This document shows positions 27,301 through 40,513 of a stretch of 64,000 nucleotides of DNA, piece by piece. The position numbers and the translations under genes were made by a program. The stretch is from Eledone cirrhosa (taxonomy: Eukaryota), in NCBI GenBank assembly GCA_964016885.1, contig OZ024744.1:117056001-117120000 (forward strand), read 5' to 3'. Numbering within the stretch: the stretch's first letter is position 1; each line of letters opens with the position of its first letter. The notes beneath the pieces are model-generated. The model saw nothing but the letters and a program-made list of their open reading frames with translations, was not told the DNA's origin and made no database searches.

Positions 27301-29615
27301 TCCATACAGGTAGAACAGACCCCTCCCTCCACCACACCACTCCATACAGATAGAACAGACCCCTCCCTCCACCACACCACTCCATACAGGTAGAACAGAC
27401 CCCTCCCTCCACCACACCACTCCATACAAGTAGAACAGAGCCCTCCCTCCACCACACCACACCATACAGGTAGAACAGACACCTCCCTCCACCACACCAC
27501 TCCATACAAGTAGAACAGACCCCTCCCTCCACCACACCACACCATACAGGTAGAACAGACCCCTCCCTCCACATCACCACTCCATACAGGTAGAACAGAC
27601 CCCTCCCTCCACCACACCACTCCATACAAGTAGAACACACCCCTCCCTCCACCACACCACTCCATACAGGTAGAACACACCCCTCCCTCCACCACACCAC
27701 TCCATACAGGTAGAACACACCCCTCCCTCCACCACACCACTCCATACAGGTAGAACACACCCCTCCCTCCACCACACCACTCCATAGAGGTAGAACAGAC
27801 CCCTCCCTCCACCACACCACTCCATACAGGTAGAACAGACGCCTCCCTCCACCACACCACTCCATACAAGTAGAACACACCCCTCCCTCCACCACACCAC
27901 ACCATACAGGTAGAACACACCACTCCATACAGGTAGAACACACCACTCCCTCCACCACACCACTCCATACAGGTAGAACAGACCCCTCCCTCCACCACAC
28001 CACTCCATACAGGTAGAACACACCCCTCCCTCCACCACACCACTCCATACAGGTAGAACACACCCCTCCCTCCACCACACCACTCCATACAGGTAGAACA
28101 GACCCCTCCCTCCACCACACCACTCCATACAAGTAGAACACACCCCTCCCTCCACCACACCACTCCATACAGGTAGAACAGACCCCTCCCTCCAAATCAC
28201 CACTCCATACAGGTAGAACAGATCCCTCCCTCCACCACACCAATCCATACAGGTAGAACAGACCCCTCCCTCCACCACACCACTCCATACAAGTAGAACA
28301 CACCCCTCCCTCCACCACACCACTCCATACAAGTAGAACAGACCCCTCCCTCCACCACACCACTCCATACAGGTAGAACAGACCCCTCCCTCCACCACAC
28401 CACTCCATACAGGTAGAACAGACCCCTCCCTCCACCACACCACTCCATACAAGTAGAACAGACCCCTTCCTCCACCACACCACTCCATACAGGTAGAACA
28501 CACCCCTCCCTCCACCACACCACTCCATACAGGTAGAACAGACCCCTCCCTCCACCACACCACTCCATACAGGTAGAACACACCCCTCCCTCCACCACAC
28601 CACTCCATACAGGTAGAACAGACCCCTCCCTCCACCACACCACTCCATACAAGTAGAACAGACCCCTCCCTCCACCACACCACTCCATACAGGTAGAACA
28701 CACCCCTCCCTCCACCACACCACTCCATACAGGTAGAACAGACCCCTCCCTCCACCACAACACTCCATACAGGTAGAACACACCCCTCCCTCCACCACAC
28801 CACTCCATACAGGTAGAACAGACCCCTCCCTCCACCACACCACTCCATACAAGTAGAACAGACCCCTCCCTCCACCACACCACTCCATACAGGTAGAACA
28901 CACCCCTCCATCCACATCACCACTCCATACAGGTAGAACACACCCCTCCATCCACATCACCACTCCATACAAGTAGAACAGACCCCTCCCTCCACCACAC
29001 CACTCCATACAGGTAGAACACACCCCTCCCTCCACCACACCACTCCATACAGGTAGAACACACCCCTCCATCCACATCACCACTCCATACAGGTAGAACA
29101 CACCCCTCCATCCACATCACCACTCCATACAAGTAGAACAGACCCCTCCCTCCATCACACCACTCCATACAGGTAGAACACACCACTCCCTCCACCACAC
29201 CATTCCTTCCACCACACCACTCCCTCCACCACACCACTCCCTCCACCACACCATTCCCTCCACCACACCACTCCCTCCACCACACTACTCCATACAGATA
29301 GAACAGACCCCTCCTTCCACCACACCATTCCCTCCACCACACCACTCCCTCCACCACACTACTCCATACAGGTAGAACAGACCCCGCCCTCCACCACACC
29401 ATTCCCTCCACCACACCACTCCCTCCACCACACCACTCCCTCCACCACACCACTCCCTCCACCACACCACTCCCTCCACCACACTACTCCATACAGGTAG
29501 AACAGACCCCTCCCTCCACCACATCATTCCCTCCACCACACCACTCCCTCCACCACACCACTCCCTCCACCACACCACTCCCTCCACCACACTACTCCAT
29601 ACAGGTAGAACAGAC
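24330..29615. repeat. 40-bp satellite ccactccatacaggtagaacagacccctccctccaccaca
   Basis: Over 100 units; flanks decay into an 18-bp ccactccctccaccacac subunit. Confidence 0.98.
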
Positions 29616-29786
29616 AGAGGTGAGGGATGGAGCAAATTTTCTTGTTTAGATGTTTGCTTGACCTAAAAGAAATAGCAGCCAAATCTCCTTTAAATAACCA
29701 TATCGCTCTAGGATTTGTGCACATGAACACTGACAGAGCGGTGAGAAAGGTCCAGAACGTATCTTGGTGTTGGTCGGATAAAACTG

Positions 29787-30075
29787 TCATCACCACCACT
29801 ACCACCACCACCACCACCACCATCACAACCACCACCACCACCACCATCACCGCCACCACCACCACCATCATCACCACTATCATCATCATCACCACCATCA
29901 CCATCACCACTATCACGATCACCACCATCACCATCACCACCGCCATCACCACCATCATCACGATCACCACCATCACCACCACCAACACCATCACCACCAT
30001 CACCACCACCATCACCATCATCACCACCACCAACACCAACACCATCATCACCACCATCTCCATCATCATCATCAC
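29787..30075. repeat. (CAC/CAT)n trinucleotide microsatellite
   Basis: Direct inspection. Confidence 0.95.
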
Positions 30076-30189
30076 ATCTACATATCTTGGCATAGGTTAA
30101 ATAAGATTGTCATCATCATCACAATACCTCCAAATCCATGGTAATATTGGTTAGATTGAGACTTTCTTCAGGCTGTATCATACGACAGG

Positions 30190-33100
30190 ATGATGTTCTT
30201 GGTACCAGTTTAGTCCATTCTGTGTCTTCAGGTGTTCTGTTCTTGGTACTAGTTTAGTTAGTCCAATCTCTGTCTTCAGGTGTGCTGTTGTTGGTACCAG
30301 TTTAGTTAGTCTCTGAGTGTCTTCAGGTGTGCTGTTGTTGGTGCCAGTTTAGTTAGTCTCAGAGTGTCTTCAGGTGTGCTGTTCTTGGCACTAGTTTAGT
30401 TAGTCTCTGAGTGTCTTCAGGTGTGCTGTTGTTGGTGCCAGTTTAGTTAGTCTCTGAGTGTCTTCAGGTGTGCTGTTGTTGGTGCCAGTTTAGTTAGTCT
30501 CTGAGTGTCTTCAGGTGTGCTGTTGTTGGTGCCAGTTTAGTTAGTCTCTGAGTGTCTTCAGGTGTGCTGTTGTTGGTGCCAGTTTAGTTAGTCTCTGAGT
30601 GTCTTCAGGTGTGCTGTTGTTGGTGCCAGTTTAGTTAGTCTCTGAGTGTCTTCAGGTGTGCTGTTGTTGGTGCCAGTTTAGTTAGTCTCTGAGTGTCTTC
30701 AGGTGTGCTGTTCTTGGTACTAGTTTAGTTAGTCCAATCTCTGTCTTCAGGTGTGCTGTTGTTGGTGCCAGTTTAGTTAGTCTCTGAGTGTCTTCAGGTG
30801 TGCTGTTGTTGGTGCCAGTTTAGTTAGTCTCTGAGTGTCTTCAGGTGTGCTGTTGTTGGTGCCAGTTTAGTTAGTCTCTGAGTGTCTTCAGGTGTGCTGT
30901 TCTTGGTACTAGTTTAGTTAGTCCAATCTCTGTCTTCAGGTGTGCTGTTGTTGGTGCCAGTTTAGTTAGTCTCTGTCTTCAGGTGTGCTGTTGTTGGTGC
31001 CAGTTTAGTTAGTCCAGTCTCTCTCTTCAGGTGTGCTGTTGTTGGTGCCAGTTTAGTTACTCTCTGAGTGTCTTCAGGTGTGCTGTTGTTGGTGCCAGTT
31101 TAGTTAGTCTCTGAGTGTCTTCAGGTGTGCTGAGTGTCTTCAGGTGTGCTGTTGTTGGTGCCAGTTTAGTTAGTCTCTGAGTGTCTTCAGGTGTGCTGTT
31201 GTTGGTGCCAGTTTAGTTAGCCCAATCTCTGTCTTCAGGTGTGCTGTTGTTGGTGCCAGTTTAGTTAGTCTCTGAGTGTCTTCAGGTGTGCTGTTGTTGG
31301 TGCCAGTTTAGTTAGTCTCTGAGTGTCTTCAGGTGTGCTGTTGTTGGTGCCAGTTTAGTTAGTCTCTGTCTTCAGGTGTGCTGTTGTTCGTGCCAGTTTA
31401 GTTAGTCCAGTCTCTCTCTTCAGGTGTGCTGTTGTTGGTGCCAGTTTAGTTAGTCTCTGAGTGTCTTCAGGTGTGCTGTTGTTGGTGCCAGTTTAGTTAG
31501 TCTCTGAGTGTCTTCAGGTGTGCTGTTGTTGGTGCCAGTTTAGTTAGTCTCTGAGTGTCTTCAGGTGTGCTGTTATTGGTGCCAGTTTAGTTAGTCTCTG
31601 AGTGTCTTCAGGTGTGCTGTTGTTGGTGCCAGTTTAGTTAGCCCAATCTCTGTCTTCAGGTGTGCTGTTGTTGGTGCCAGTTTAGTTAGTCTCTGAGTGT
31701 CTTCAGGTGTGCTGTTCTTGGTACTAGTTTAGTTAGTCCAATCTCTGTCTTCAGGTGTGCTGTTGTTGGTGCCAGTTTAGTTAGTCTCTGAGTGTCTTCA
31801 GGTGTGCTGTTCTTGGTACAAGTTTAGTTAGTCCAATCTCTGTCTTCAGGTGTGCTGTTGTTGGTGCCAGTTTAGTTAGTCCAATCTCTGTCTTCAGGTG
31901 TGCTGTTGTTGGTACCAGTTTAGTTAGTCCAATCTCTGTCTTCAGGTGTGCTGTTCTTGGTACTAGTTTAGTTAGTCCAATCTCTGTCTTCAGGTGTGCT
32001 GTTGTTGGTACCAGTTTAGTTAGTCCAATCTCTGTCTTCGGGTGTGCTGTTGTTGGTGCCAGTTTAGTTAGTCCAATCTCTGTCTTCAGGTGTGCTGTTG
32101 TTGGTACCAGTTTAGTTAGTCCAATCTCTGTCTTCGGGTGTGCTGTTGTTGGTGCCAGTTTAGTTAGTCCAATCTCTGTCTTCAGGTGTGCTGTTGTTGG
32201 TACCAGTTTAGTTAGTCCAATCTCTGTCTTCAGGTGTGCTGTTGTTGGTGCCAGTTTAGTTAGTCTCTGAGTGTCTTCAGGTGTGCTGTTGTTGGTACCA
32301 GTTTAGTTAGTCTCTGAGTGTCTTCAGGTGTGCTGTTGTTGGTGCCAGTTTAGTTAGTCTCTGAGTGTCTTCAGGTGTGCTGTTGTTGGTACCAGTTTAG
32401 TTAGTCTCTGAGTGTCTTCAGGTGTGCTGTTGTTGGTACCAGTTTAGTTAGTCTCTGAGTGTCTTCAGGTGTGCTGTTGTTGGTACCAGTTTAGTTAGTC
32501 TAATCTCTGTCTTCAGGTGTGCTGTTGTTGGTGCCAGTTTAGTTAGTCTCTGAGTGTCTTCAGGTGTGCTGTTGTTGGTACCAGTTTAGTTAGTCTCTGA
32601 GTGTCTTCAGGTGTGCTGTTGTTGGTGCCAGTTTAGTTAGTCTAATCTCTGTCTTCAGGTGTGCTGTTGATGGTACCAGTTTAGTTAGTCCAATCTCTGT
32701 CTTCAGGTGTGCTGTTGTTGGTGCCAGTTTAGTTAGTCTCTGAGTGTCTTCAGGTGTGCTGTTGTTGGTGCCAGTTTAGTTAGCCCAATCTCTGTCTTCA
32801 GGTGTGCTGTTGTTGGTGCCAGTTTAGTTAGTCTCTGAGTGTCTTCAGGTGTGCTGTTCTTGGTACTAGTTTAGTTAGTCCAATCTCTGTCTTCAGGTGT
32901 GCTGTTGTTGGTGCCAGTTTAGTTAGTCCAATCTCTGTCTTCAGGTGTGCTGTTGTTGGTGCCAGTTTAGTTAGTCTCTGAGTGTCTTCAGGTGTGCTGT
33001 TGTTGGTGCCAGTTTAGTTAGTCCAATCTCTGTCTTCAGGTGTGCTGTTGTTGGTGCCAGTTTAGTTAGTCTCTGAGTGTCTTCAGGTGTGCTGTTGTTG

Positions 33101-34850
33101 GTACCAGTTTAGTTAGTCTCTGAGTGTCTTCAGGTGTGCTGTTGTTGGTGCCAGTTTAGTTAGTCTCTGAGTGTCTTCAGGTGTGCTGTTGTTGGTGCCA
33201 GTTTAGTTAGTCTCTGAGTGTCTTCAGGTGTGCTGTTGTTGGTACCAGTTTAGTTAGTCCAATCTCTGTCTTCAGGTGTGCTGTTGTTGGTGCCAGTTTA
33301 GTTAGTCTCTGAGTGTCTTCAGGTGTGCTGTTGTTGGTGCCATTTTAGTTAGTCTCTGAGTGTCTTCAGGTGTGCTGTTGTTGGTGCCAGTTTAGTTAGT
33401 CTCTGAGTGTCTTCAGGTGTGCTGTTGTTGGTACCAGTTTAGTTAGTCTCTGAGTGTCTTCAGGTGTGCTGTTGTTGGTGCCAGTTTAGTAAGTCTCTGA
33501 GTGTCTTCAGGTGTGCTGTTGTTGGTGCCAGTTTAGTTAGTCTCTGAGTGTCTTCAGGTGTGCTGTTGTTGTACCAGTTTAGTTAGTCCAATCTCTGTCT
33601 TCAGGTGTGCTGTTGTTGGTGCCAGTTTAGTTAGTCTCTGAGTGTCTTCAGGTGTGCTGTTGTTGGTACCAGTTTAGTTAGTCTCTGAGTGTCTTCAGGT
33701 GTGCTGTTGTTGGTGCCAGTTTAGTTAGTCCAATCTTTGTCTTCAGGTGTGCTGTTGATGGTACCAGTTTAGTTAGTCTCTGAGTGTCTTCAGGTGTGCT
33801 GTTGATGGTACCAGTTTAGTTAGTCCAATCTCTGTCTTCAGGTGTGCTGTTGTTGGTGCCAGTTTAGTTAGTCTCTGAGTGTCTTCAGGTGTGCTGTTGT
33901 TGGTGCCAGTTTAGTTAGTCCAGTCTCTCTCTTCAGGTGTGCTGTTGTTGGTGCCAGTTTAGTTAGTCTCTGAGTGTCTTCAGGTGTGCTGTTGTTGGTG
34001 CCAGTTTAGTTAGTCCAATCTCTGTCTTCAGGTGTGCTGTTGATGGTACCAGTTTAGTTAGTCTCTGAGTGTCTTCAGGTGTGCTGTTGATGGTACCAGT
34101 TTAGTTAGTCCAATCTCTGTCTTCAGGTGTGCTGTTGTTGGTGCCAGTTTAGTTAGTCTCTGAGTGTCTTCAGGTGTGCTGTTGTTGGTGCCAGTTTAGT
34201 TAGTCTCTGAGTGTCTTCAGGTGTGCTGTTGTTGGTGCCAGTTTAGTTAGTCTCTGAGTGTCTTCAGGTGTGCTGTTGTTGGTACCAGTTTAGTTAGTCT
34301 CTGAGTGTCTTCAGGTGTGCTGTTGATGGTACCAGTTTAGTTAGTCCAATCTCTGTCTTCAGGTGTGCTGTTGTTGGTGCCAGTTTAGTTAGTCTCTGAG
34401 TGTCTTCAGGTGTGCTGTTGTTGGTGCCAGTTTAGTTAGTCTCTGAGTGTCTTCAGGTGTGCTGTTGTTGGTGCCAGTTTAGTTAGTCTCTGAGTGTCTT
34501 CAGGTGTGCTGTTGTTGGTACCAGTTTAGTTAGTCTCTGAGTGTCTTCAGGTGTGCTGTTGATGGTACCAGTTTAGTTAGTCCAATCTCTGTCTTCAGGT
34601 GTGCTGTTGTTGGTGCCAGTTTAGTTAGTCTCTGAGTGTCTTCAGGTGTGCTGTTGTTGGTGCCAGTTTAGTTAGTCTCTGAGTGTCTTCAGGTGTGCTG
34701 TTGTTGGTGCCAGTTTAGTTAGTCTCTGAGTGTCTTCAGGTGTGCTGTTGTTGGTACCAGTTTAGTTAGTCTCTGAGTGTCTTCAGGTGTGCTGTTGTTG
34801 GTGCCAGTTTAGTTAGTCCAGTCTCTCTCTTCAGGTGTGTTCTTCTTGGA
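30190..34850. repeat. 47/48-bp satellite gtcttcaggtgtgctgttgttggtRccagtttagttagtc(tctgagt|caatctct)
   Basis: About 95-100 units of two interspersed variants. Confidence 0.98.
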
Positions 34851-34959
34851 AATATAACATAACAATACCAAAACTTCAAATTCATTAACTGTCACAGGAA
34901 TGCAATCATTTAAAATAACATTTAGCAGGAGTGGCAGTTGGTGATACTCGGGTGAGTCC

Positions 34960-35735
34960 CAGGTGCACCACTTGCCCTGGCTTTGCTGAGTATCTACAGG
35001 ATCAGCTGTTGTCTGTCTAAAAGTCCTAAGAATATTCTTATTGATACTAGCTATGTGCTGGGCTACGCTGCGCATCGTGGAATATGAGAGCTTCACTGTG
35101 TGCTTATTAAAGAATTCGGGAAGCATGTATCCAGTGCCCTAAAGAATGAGTGGGCCAGGCTGGTCTGCAGACCCACGGTGTATGGTGGATCAAACCATGT
35201 TATTTTTCTAAGTCTAGTCCTATGTGAGTGGGTTGAGTACGTACCTGGCTGTTGAGGAGTTGTTGGGGTCCCATGGCCCCCAGCACTGCTGTTGCCCCGT
35301 TGCGCATTATGGTTTCTGTTTGGTGTTCGGTCCCTGCTGGTGGGGTGGTGCTGGCCCACACTGGAGTTTTCCCGTTGGAGTATTCCACTGTCTATCCCGG
35401 TCGGTGATCTGTGGTTGGGGTCGCTGGGGCCTGGGTTGTTTGCCTCACTGCTAGACCCACCTCACGTGTGGCATTTATTCTCATGCCCAGGGGTATGTGT
35501 CTTTCCCGCAAGAGTGATGGTGCTAGGTTTAGGGTGTTTAGGTGCAGTAGCTCCACCCCTACCTGTATTATGTGGGTTTCCCTTCTTCCCGAGACTATAG
35601 GTTGGAGGTCTCCATAGGTGATCTCTATCATGGCCCTTAGGGTTATAACAGATAACTTGGTTATGGGCCACCATAGCTAGAGCTGTTTTATAATAATCAG
35701 CATTACTATAGAAGATCTCCTTATTGGTAGACCAT
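34960..35735 (-). mobile_element. Penelope-like retroelement remnant (region between RT and GIY-YIG)
   Basis: Frameshifted peptides STNKEIFYSNADYYKTALA, RKITWFDPPYTVGLQTSLAHSFFRALDTCFP and FNKHTVKLSYSTMRSVAQHIASINKNIL match the PLE motif pattern WFNPPYS...FNRNTVKVSYSCM. Confidence 0.85.
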
Positions 35736-35952
35736 AATACACACACATGCACACACACATGCACACACACGCACACACATGCACACACACAAGCATACAT
35801 CATACATTCACACATATTTATTGTCTGTTTAACTAATTTCCTAAAACTCGTTTTCAGCACCCCCTTATATCTCGGAGGGTATACTGAAAAATGCTGGGAA
35901 ATGTGTTAAACTGAGAATTTTTCAGCAGACCCATTGTATATATATATATATA

Positions 35953-37346
35953 CTAGCTGGCCTGTCTGGCTGGTGCCCGGCTAGGTATACCGGCATTTTA
36001 TCTTTACAGGAATCCCCCTACACTCCAATGCAAAGATACCGCACGCCCTCTCAAGTCAGCGAGGGGGTGGGGGGTAACATGCTCTGATGTTGGGTTTGAA
36101 TAGATTTTAGGATTCCACAGTTCAGCAGCCAATGCGTTAAAGAAAATTAATAGTTACAACAATAAAGGCTGAACAGAGAACACATTTTTTAAACTTTACA
36201 ATAATTTGTACAACCATAATGGAAATTCCAAGTAACAGAAAATATTTAAATTACATTGTTAGAGCCTCAGAGTATACAATATTTTTTGTTCGGCCCTCCG
36301 GAGCAAAGATGAAGAGATTGTTTGGCGAGCTTACCCTAGAACATCCTACATACAATTGACCATGGGAGAATCACTGATTTCATAGCTCGTCTCGCGGAGA
36401 AGCTCTGTAGACGTTGACCTCTGGACACTCCTGTCAGGAGCAGGTAAGCTGTAGTGACTTAGAGGCCTACCACCAATCTCCAGGACACTGTTTTCAAGAC
36501 AAATGAGCGCCTCATTGAAAACGACATCCTACGTTTGGATTGTGTCTGCGTGTGCAGTAGAGGATGTCCTCAGCTAGACTTTCACGGTGGTTGTTCCACA
36601 GTGCGAGAGGGTCGGTGAGATCGCAGTTGTGCAGTATAATAGCAAAAGGTTTTCGCAGCTGAGAAGGGACTTTAGCAGTTGCTGCTTCTTGCAGGGTGAG
36701 GTGCCAATGGCTGTCATCGTGTAACATACCATGCATTTGGCAAGCGAAACGGTAAGCTGGGCATTGATGGTTCTCAGATCTTGGAAAGACTGTGGTCCTC
36801 TAACCTCGAACAGTAAGAATGATGATAAGCCATCTGTACTTTCGTGAAATAAATAGGTTTTTGTGTATGCAAACATATCTGTACACGAATATATATATTA
36901 AAATAACAGATTAAAGTTTAAGCAAAGAATCGCAGCTTTCACCCTTAACGGGATCTTCTGAAACAAAAAAAATCCATCTGTGAACGCAGAAGTGAATATT
37001 TTGAAAAACGTTATCTAATGCAGACAGACAGACATACAGAGACATATTACGTTATAGCTATGTATCTATCTAAAAAGACAGACTAAGAAAAAGAGGGGAA
37101 TGTTGTGCAATGCCATAAGAAAAAGCAAGGAATGACATATAACCAGATGTGTTGACATTTGAAATTTTAAAGAAGTGAATATTTAAATAATGTCTTTAAT
37201 CTTTTAACAAAATTCAGAAGACAAAAATACCCTCACTTTTTTACTTGGAAAAAGTTACATCTATGGTGCAAATTTGGTGCTGTTTGGTCCAGCCACTTGG
37301 TGGAAAGTTTGTTACCTACATACGGCCGTCAGCTTTATAGTATAGA
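35953..37346 (-). mobile_element. Non-autonomous Helitron (~1.39 kb) with RepHel fragments
   Basis: Minus strand starts A|TCTATACTATA and ends with a GC-rich tract plus CTAG|T, no TSD; peptides VRGPQSFQDLRT, WHLTLQEAA...LRKPFAIIL...LW and Pif1 C-terminus FSHGQLYVGCSRVS...TKNIVYSEAL. Confidence 0.92.
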
Positions 37347-37728
37347 TTATATATATATATATATATATAACAGCCGGAGCTCAGCCACCGGGGTTCCTAT
37401 TCTTTTCTTATTACCCACTCTACTACCCTAAGTATCGAGTACTCTGGTGCATTATGTTCCACCTGGTTTCTTACCACACCTTCTTTGTTATATATATATA
37501 TATGTCTTTGCTCTCTCTCTCTCTAAGTTCTCCAAGAATCTTTAAAATTCTTCCCACCGAAGTTAACAAAGAACTTAATAGATCTACCAACTTATATTAT
37601 AAAATTAAATCAAATTATTTAACACTACAAGTGAAGTCATTCTTTTCCATTTTTTCAAATATATATATATATTGCAAGCATGGAAAAGCGGACGTAAAAA
37701 TGATGATGATGATGATGATGATATATAA

Positions 37729-37875
37729 ACAGTGAAATTCCATTATAATGAAATTCATGGGGTGTAAAAAAAAGTTGTAATGAAAAATTCTTTATAACGA
37801 GATCAACTTAACACATCGTGTGACCGGGGATTGATAAAAATAGTGTTATACTGAAATATTTGTTATAATGGTATT
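37729..37875. mobile_element. Possible degenerate Tigger/pogo-like MITE
   Basis: Starts cagtgaaattccattataatg, with repeated ttataac/ttataat motifs and an imperfect inverted end. Confidence 0.35.
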
Positions 37876-38123
37876 TGTTTAATCATTTGGTTTCCTAAAT
37901 AGAATATTAGTCTACTTCAGCTTAATAACGTCTTCATTAACTCAATTACGTCTTCGTCAACAACCAAAACATAAACACACACATACTGACCGTAATTAAA
38001 TATGGTATGATACGAGATGAGGCCGCCCCACAGTCCCAGCGGTCAGAATGTTGCCACAGTGCCAACCGCCTTCCATACCATGCTGCCCTCAACGATATGT
38101 ATATATATGTATATATATATGTA

Positions 38124-38446
38124 TCATCATCATTTCATTTTACGTCCACAAGGGTGGGACGGGAACTGATTCTGGCTTGATTTCTACAGATGGATGCCCT
38201 TCCTAACACCAACCTCATTTACAGTGAGTGCTGGGTGCTTTTTTCCCATGTCACCTACACGTCCACTTTACAGTGGAATGATAGGGATCCCAGTCCCTAT
38301 TATCTCATTTCTACAGCTGAGTAAACTGGAGCAACGTGAAATAAAGTGTCTTGCTCAAGGAAACAACACATCGCCCGGTCTGAGAATTGAACTCACAGCC
38401 TTTCGATTGCAAGGCCAATGCTCTAACCACTAAGCCATGTGCCTCC
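38124..38446 (-). mobile_element. tRNA-headed, RTE-tailed SINE, family B
   Basis: A-box tggcttagtgg, B-box gagttcaattc, CORE-like ccttgagcaagacacttt, tail ggacgtaaaatga(tga)n. Confidence 0.9.
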
Positions 38447-38470
38447 ATATATATGTATGTATATATGTAT

Positions 38471-39046
38471 GTAACATCCAGTACAACCTGTCTCATGGTC
38501 GGGTAGTTGGCGACTAAACTGGCAACCCCACCAAGGTTTCTTGGTGAGGAGGGTGACTTTGGACATCCTGCAAGACTAAAAACAAAACCTGTCAAAGGGC
38601 AAAGGAGCTCTTAAGAGTCAATGGCCATCCAAAATCACCGGGAGAGATGACCCCTTAGCCTTTGTCAAGGCAGAATTCTAGGAGAAGGAAAACTGATATA
38701 ACACCTGCAACCCTGATGGTATCCAATGATGTTGACTTGTTCTTCTTTTTGGTAAATATCATCTTGGTTAAGAGAGTAGGACTGGCTTTGTGCAGTGCCT
38801 TTGCTCACTATAAAAGCTTCACGGCACAGGCATTGCTTTATATCTGGAGATCTCCCTGCACTTGTCGTCACATGGTACCATGGGCCCAGCACTATGTGTC
38901 AATAATTGTCACAAGTGTAGGGTTTGTACCAGAGTTTTCAAGTCGCTGGCTGGACTAAAAAGTCACACTTGTTCAGCGCATCGGTAGGGGTTCTCCTACA
39001 TGGATATAAAGTAGTGGCCGTACTCGAAAACGAGTTGGCAGCCACC

Positions 39047-39048
<2 letters not shown>
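38471..39048 (+). mobile_element. Short non-autonomous RTE-like derivative, copy 1
   Basis: Near-identical to 41063..41671; encodes [23 protein letters not shown] near its 3' end, then hairpin ctcgaaaacgag. Confidence 0.75.
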
Positions 39049-39106
<58 letters not shown>

Positions 39107-39138
39107 GTAAGAATATATATATATATATATATATGTAA

Positions 39139-39181
<43 letters not shown>

Positions 39182-39182
39182 A

Positions 39183-39233
<51 letters not shown>

Positions 39234-39234
39234 A

Positions 39235-39288
<54 letters not shown>

Positions 39289-39844
39289 GTAAGAATATAT
39301 GTATATATATATATGTAAGAATATATGTATATATATATATGTAAGAATATATGTATATATATATATATATGTAAGAATATATGTATATATATATATATGT
39401 AAGAGTTATATGTATATATATATATATATGTAAGAATATATGTATATATATATATGTAAGAGTTATATGTATATATATATATATGTAAGAGTTATATGTA
39501 TATATATATATGTAAGAGTTATATGTATATATATATATATGTAAGAGTTATATGTATATATATATATATGTAAGAGTTATATGTATATATATATATATGT
39601 AAGAGTTATATGTATATATATATATATGTAAGAGTTATATGTATATATATATATATGTAAGAGTTATATGTATATATATATATATGTAAGAATATATGTA
39701 TATATATATATATGTAAGAATATATGTATATATATATATATATGTAAGAATATATGTGTATATATATATATATAAGTATATATATGTAAGTATATATATA
39801 TATATGTAAGTATATATATATATATGTAAGTATATATATATAAA

Positions 39845-40155
39845 CAGGAAAAATGAAAGGAAATTTCATTTCCCACTCTTAGTACGGCTGTTACTTAAAT
39901 ATATGTATGTACACGTACATACATATATGTATACAGACGTACAGTAGTATGTATATGTATATACATACATGCACACATATATATATGTACGTATGGATTC
40001 ACCGAACATTTATTATAATGCTCGGTGTGTTTGTAAACAAACATCCTGTATTAAGCCGTAGTGTCCAGCAACCATCGTTGCTCGTTTGTTCAACACTGAC
40101 AAAGGAACGCTGTACTAGTTTCAAGCTTATTAGCTATCATCAGCAACGTATACCT
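39845..40155 (-). mobile_element. Penelope-type terminal-repeat fragment carrying a minimal hammerhead
   Basis: Reverse-complement homolog of 47868..48193; hammerhead core at 40108..40148. Confidence 0.75.
40108..40148 (-). ncRNA. Minimal type I hammerhead ribozyme motif
   Basis: cguug CUGAUGA u agcu aaua agcu u GAAA cuag UA cagcg: stem I, core, stem II, palindromic stem III, GUA cleavage triplet. Confidence 0.8.
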
Positions 40156-40328
40156 ATATATATATGTAAGTATATATGTATATGTAAGAATATATGTATA
40201 TATATGTATATGTTTATGTAAGAATATATGTATATATGTAAGAATATATGTATATATATGTATATGTAAGAATATATGTATATATATGTATATGTAAGAA
40301 TATATGTATATATATGTATATGTAAGAA

Positions 40329-40513
40329 TACACCTGATGTACCCCTTCCATACACATGCACACATGTGTGTATCATGACTCGTGCACTGTTCATTTTACT
40401 GATGTTTGTGCATTGCCCTATGTACTGTACATGCACTTTTTTGATGAGTTGTGGTGCACCTAGGCACTGTACACAATATTTCATTATTGTTATCATTATT
40501 ATTATTATTATTA
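40329..40513 (+). mobile_element. 5'-truncated CR1 3'UTR copy
   Basis: Matches 62548..62715, including the (ATT)n tail. Confidence 0.88.

Noticed and set aside
24433-29635. Long Gly/Val/Trp-rich minus-strand ORFs
   Set aside because: The 40-bp unit cycles through all frames; no coding signal
29627-30100. Mucin-like Thr-rich ORF
   Set aside because: CAC/CAT microsatellite preceded by a dispersed repeat (agaaatagcagccaaat, also reversed at ~54240)
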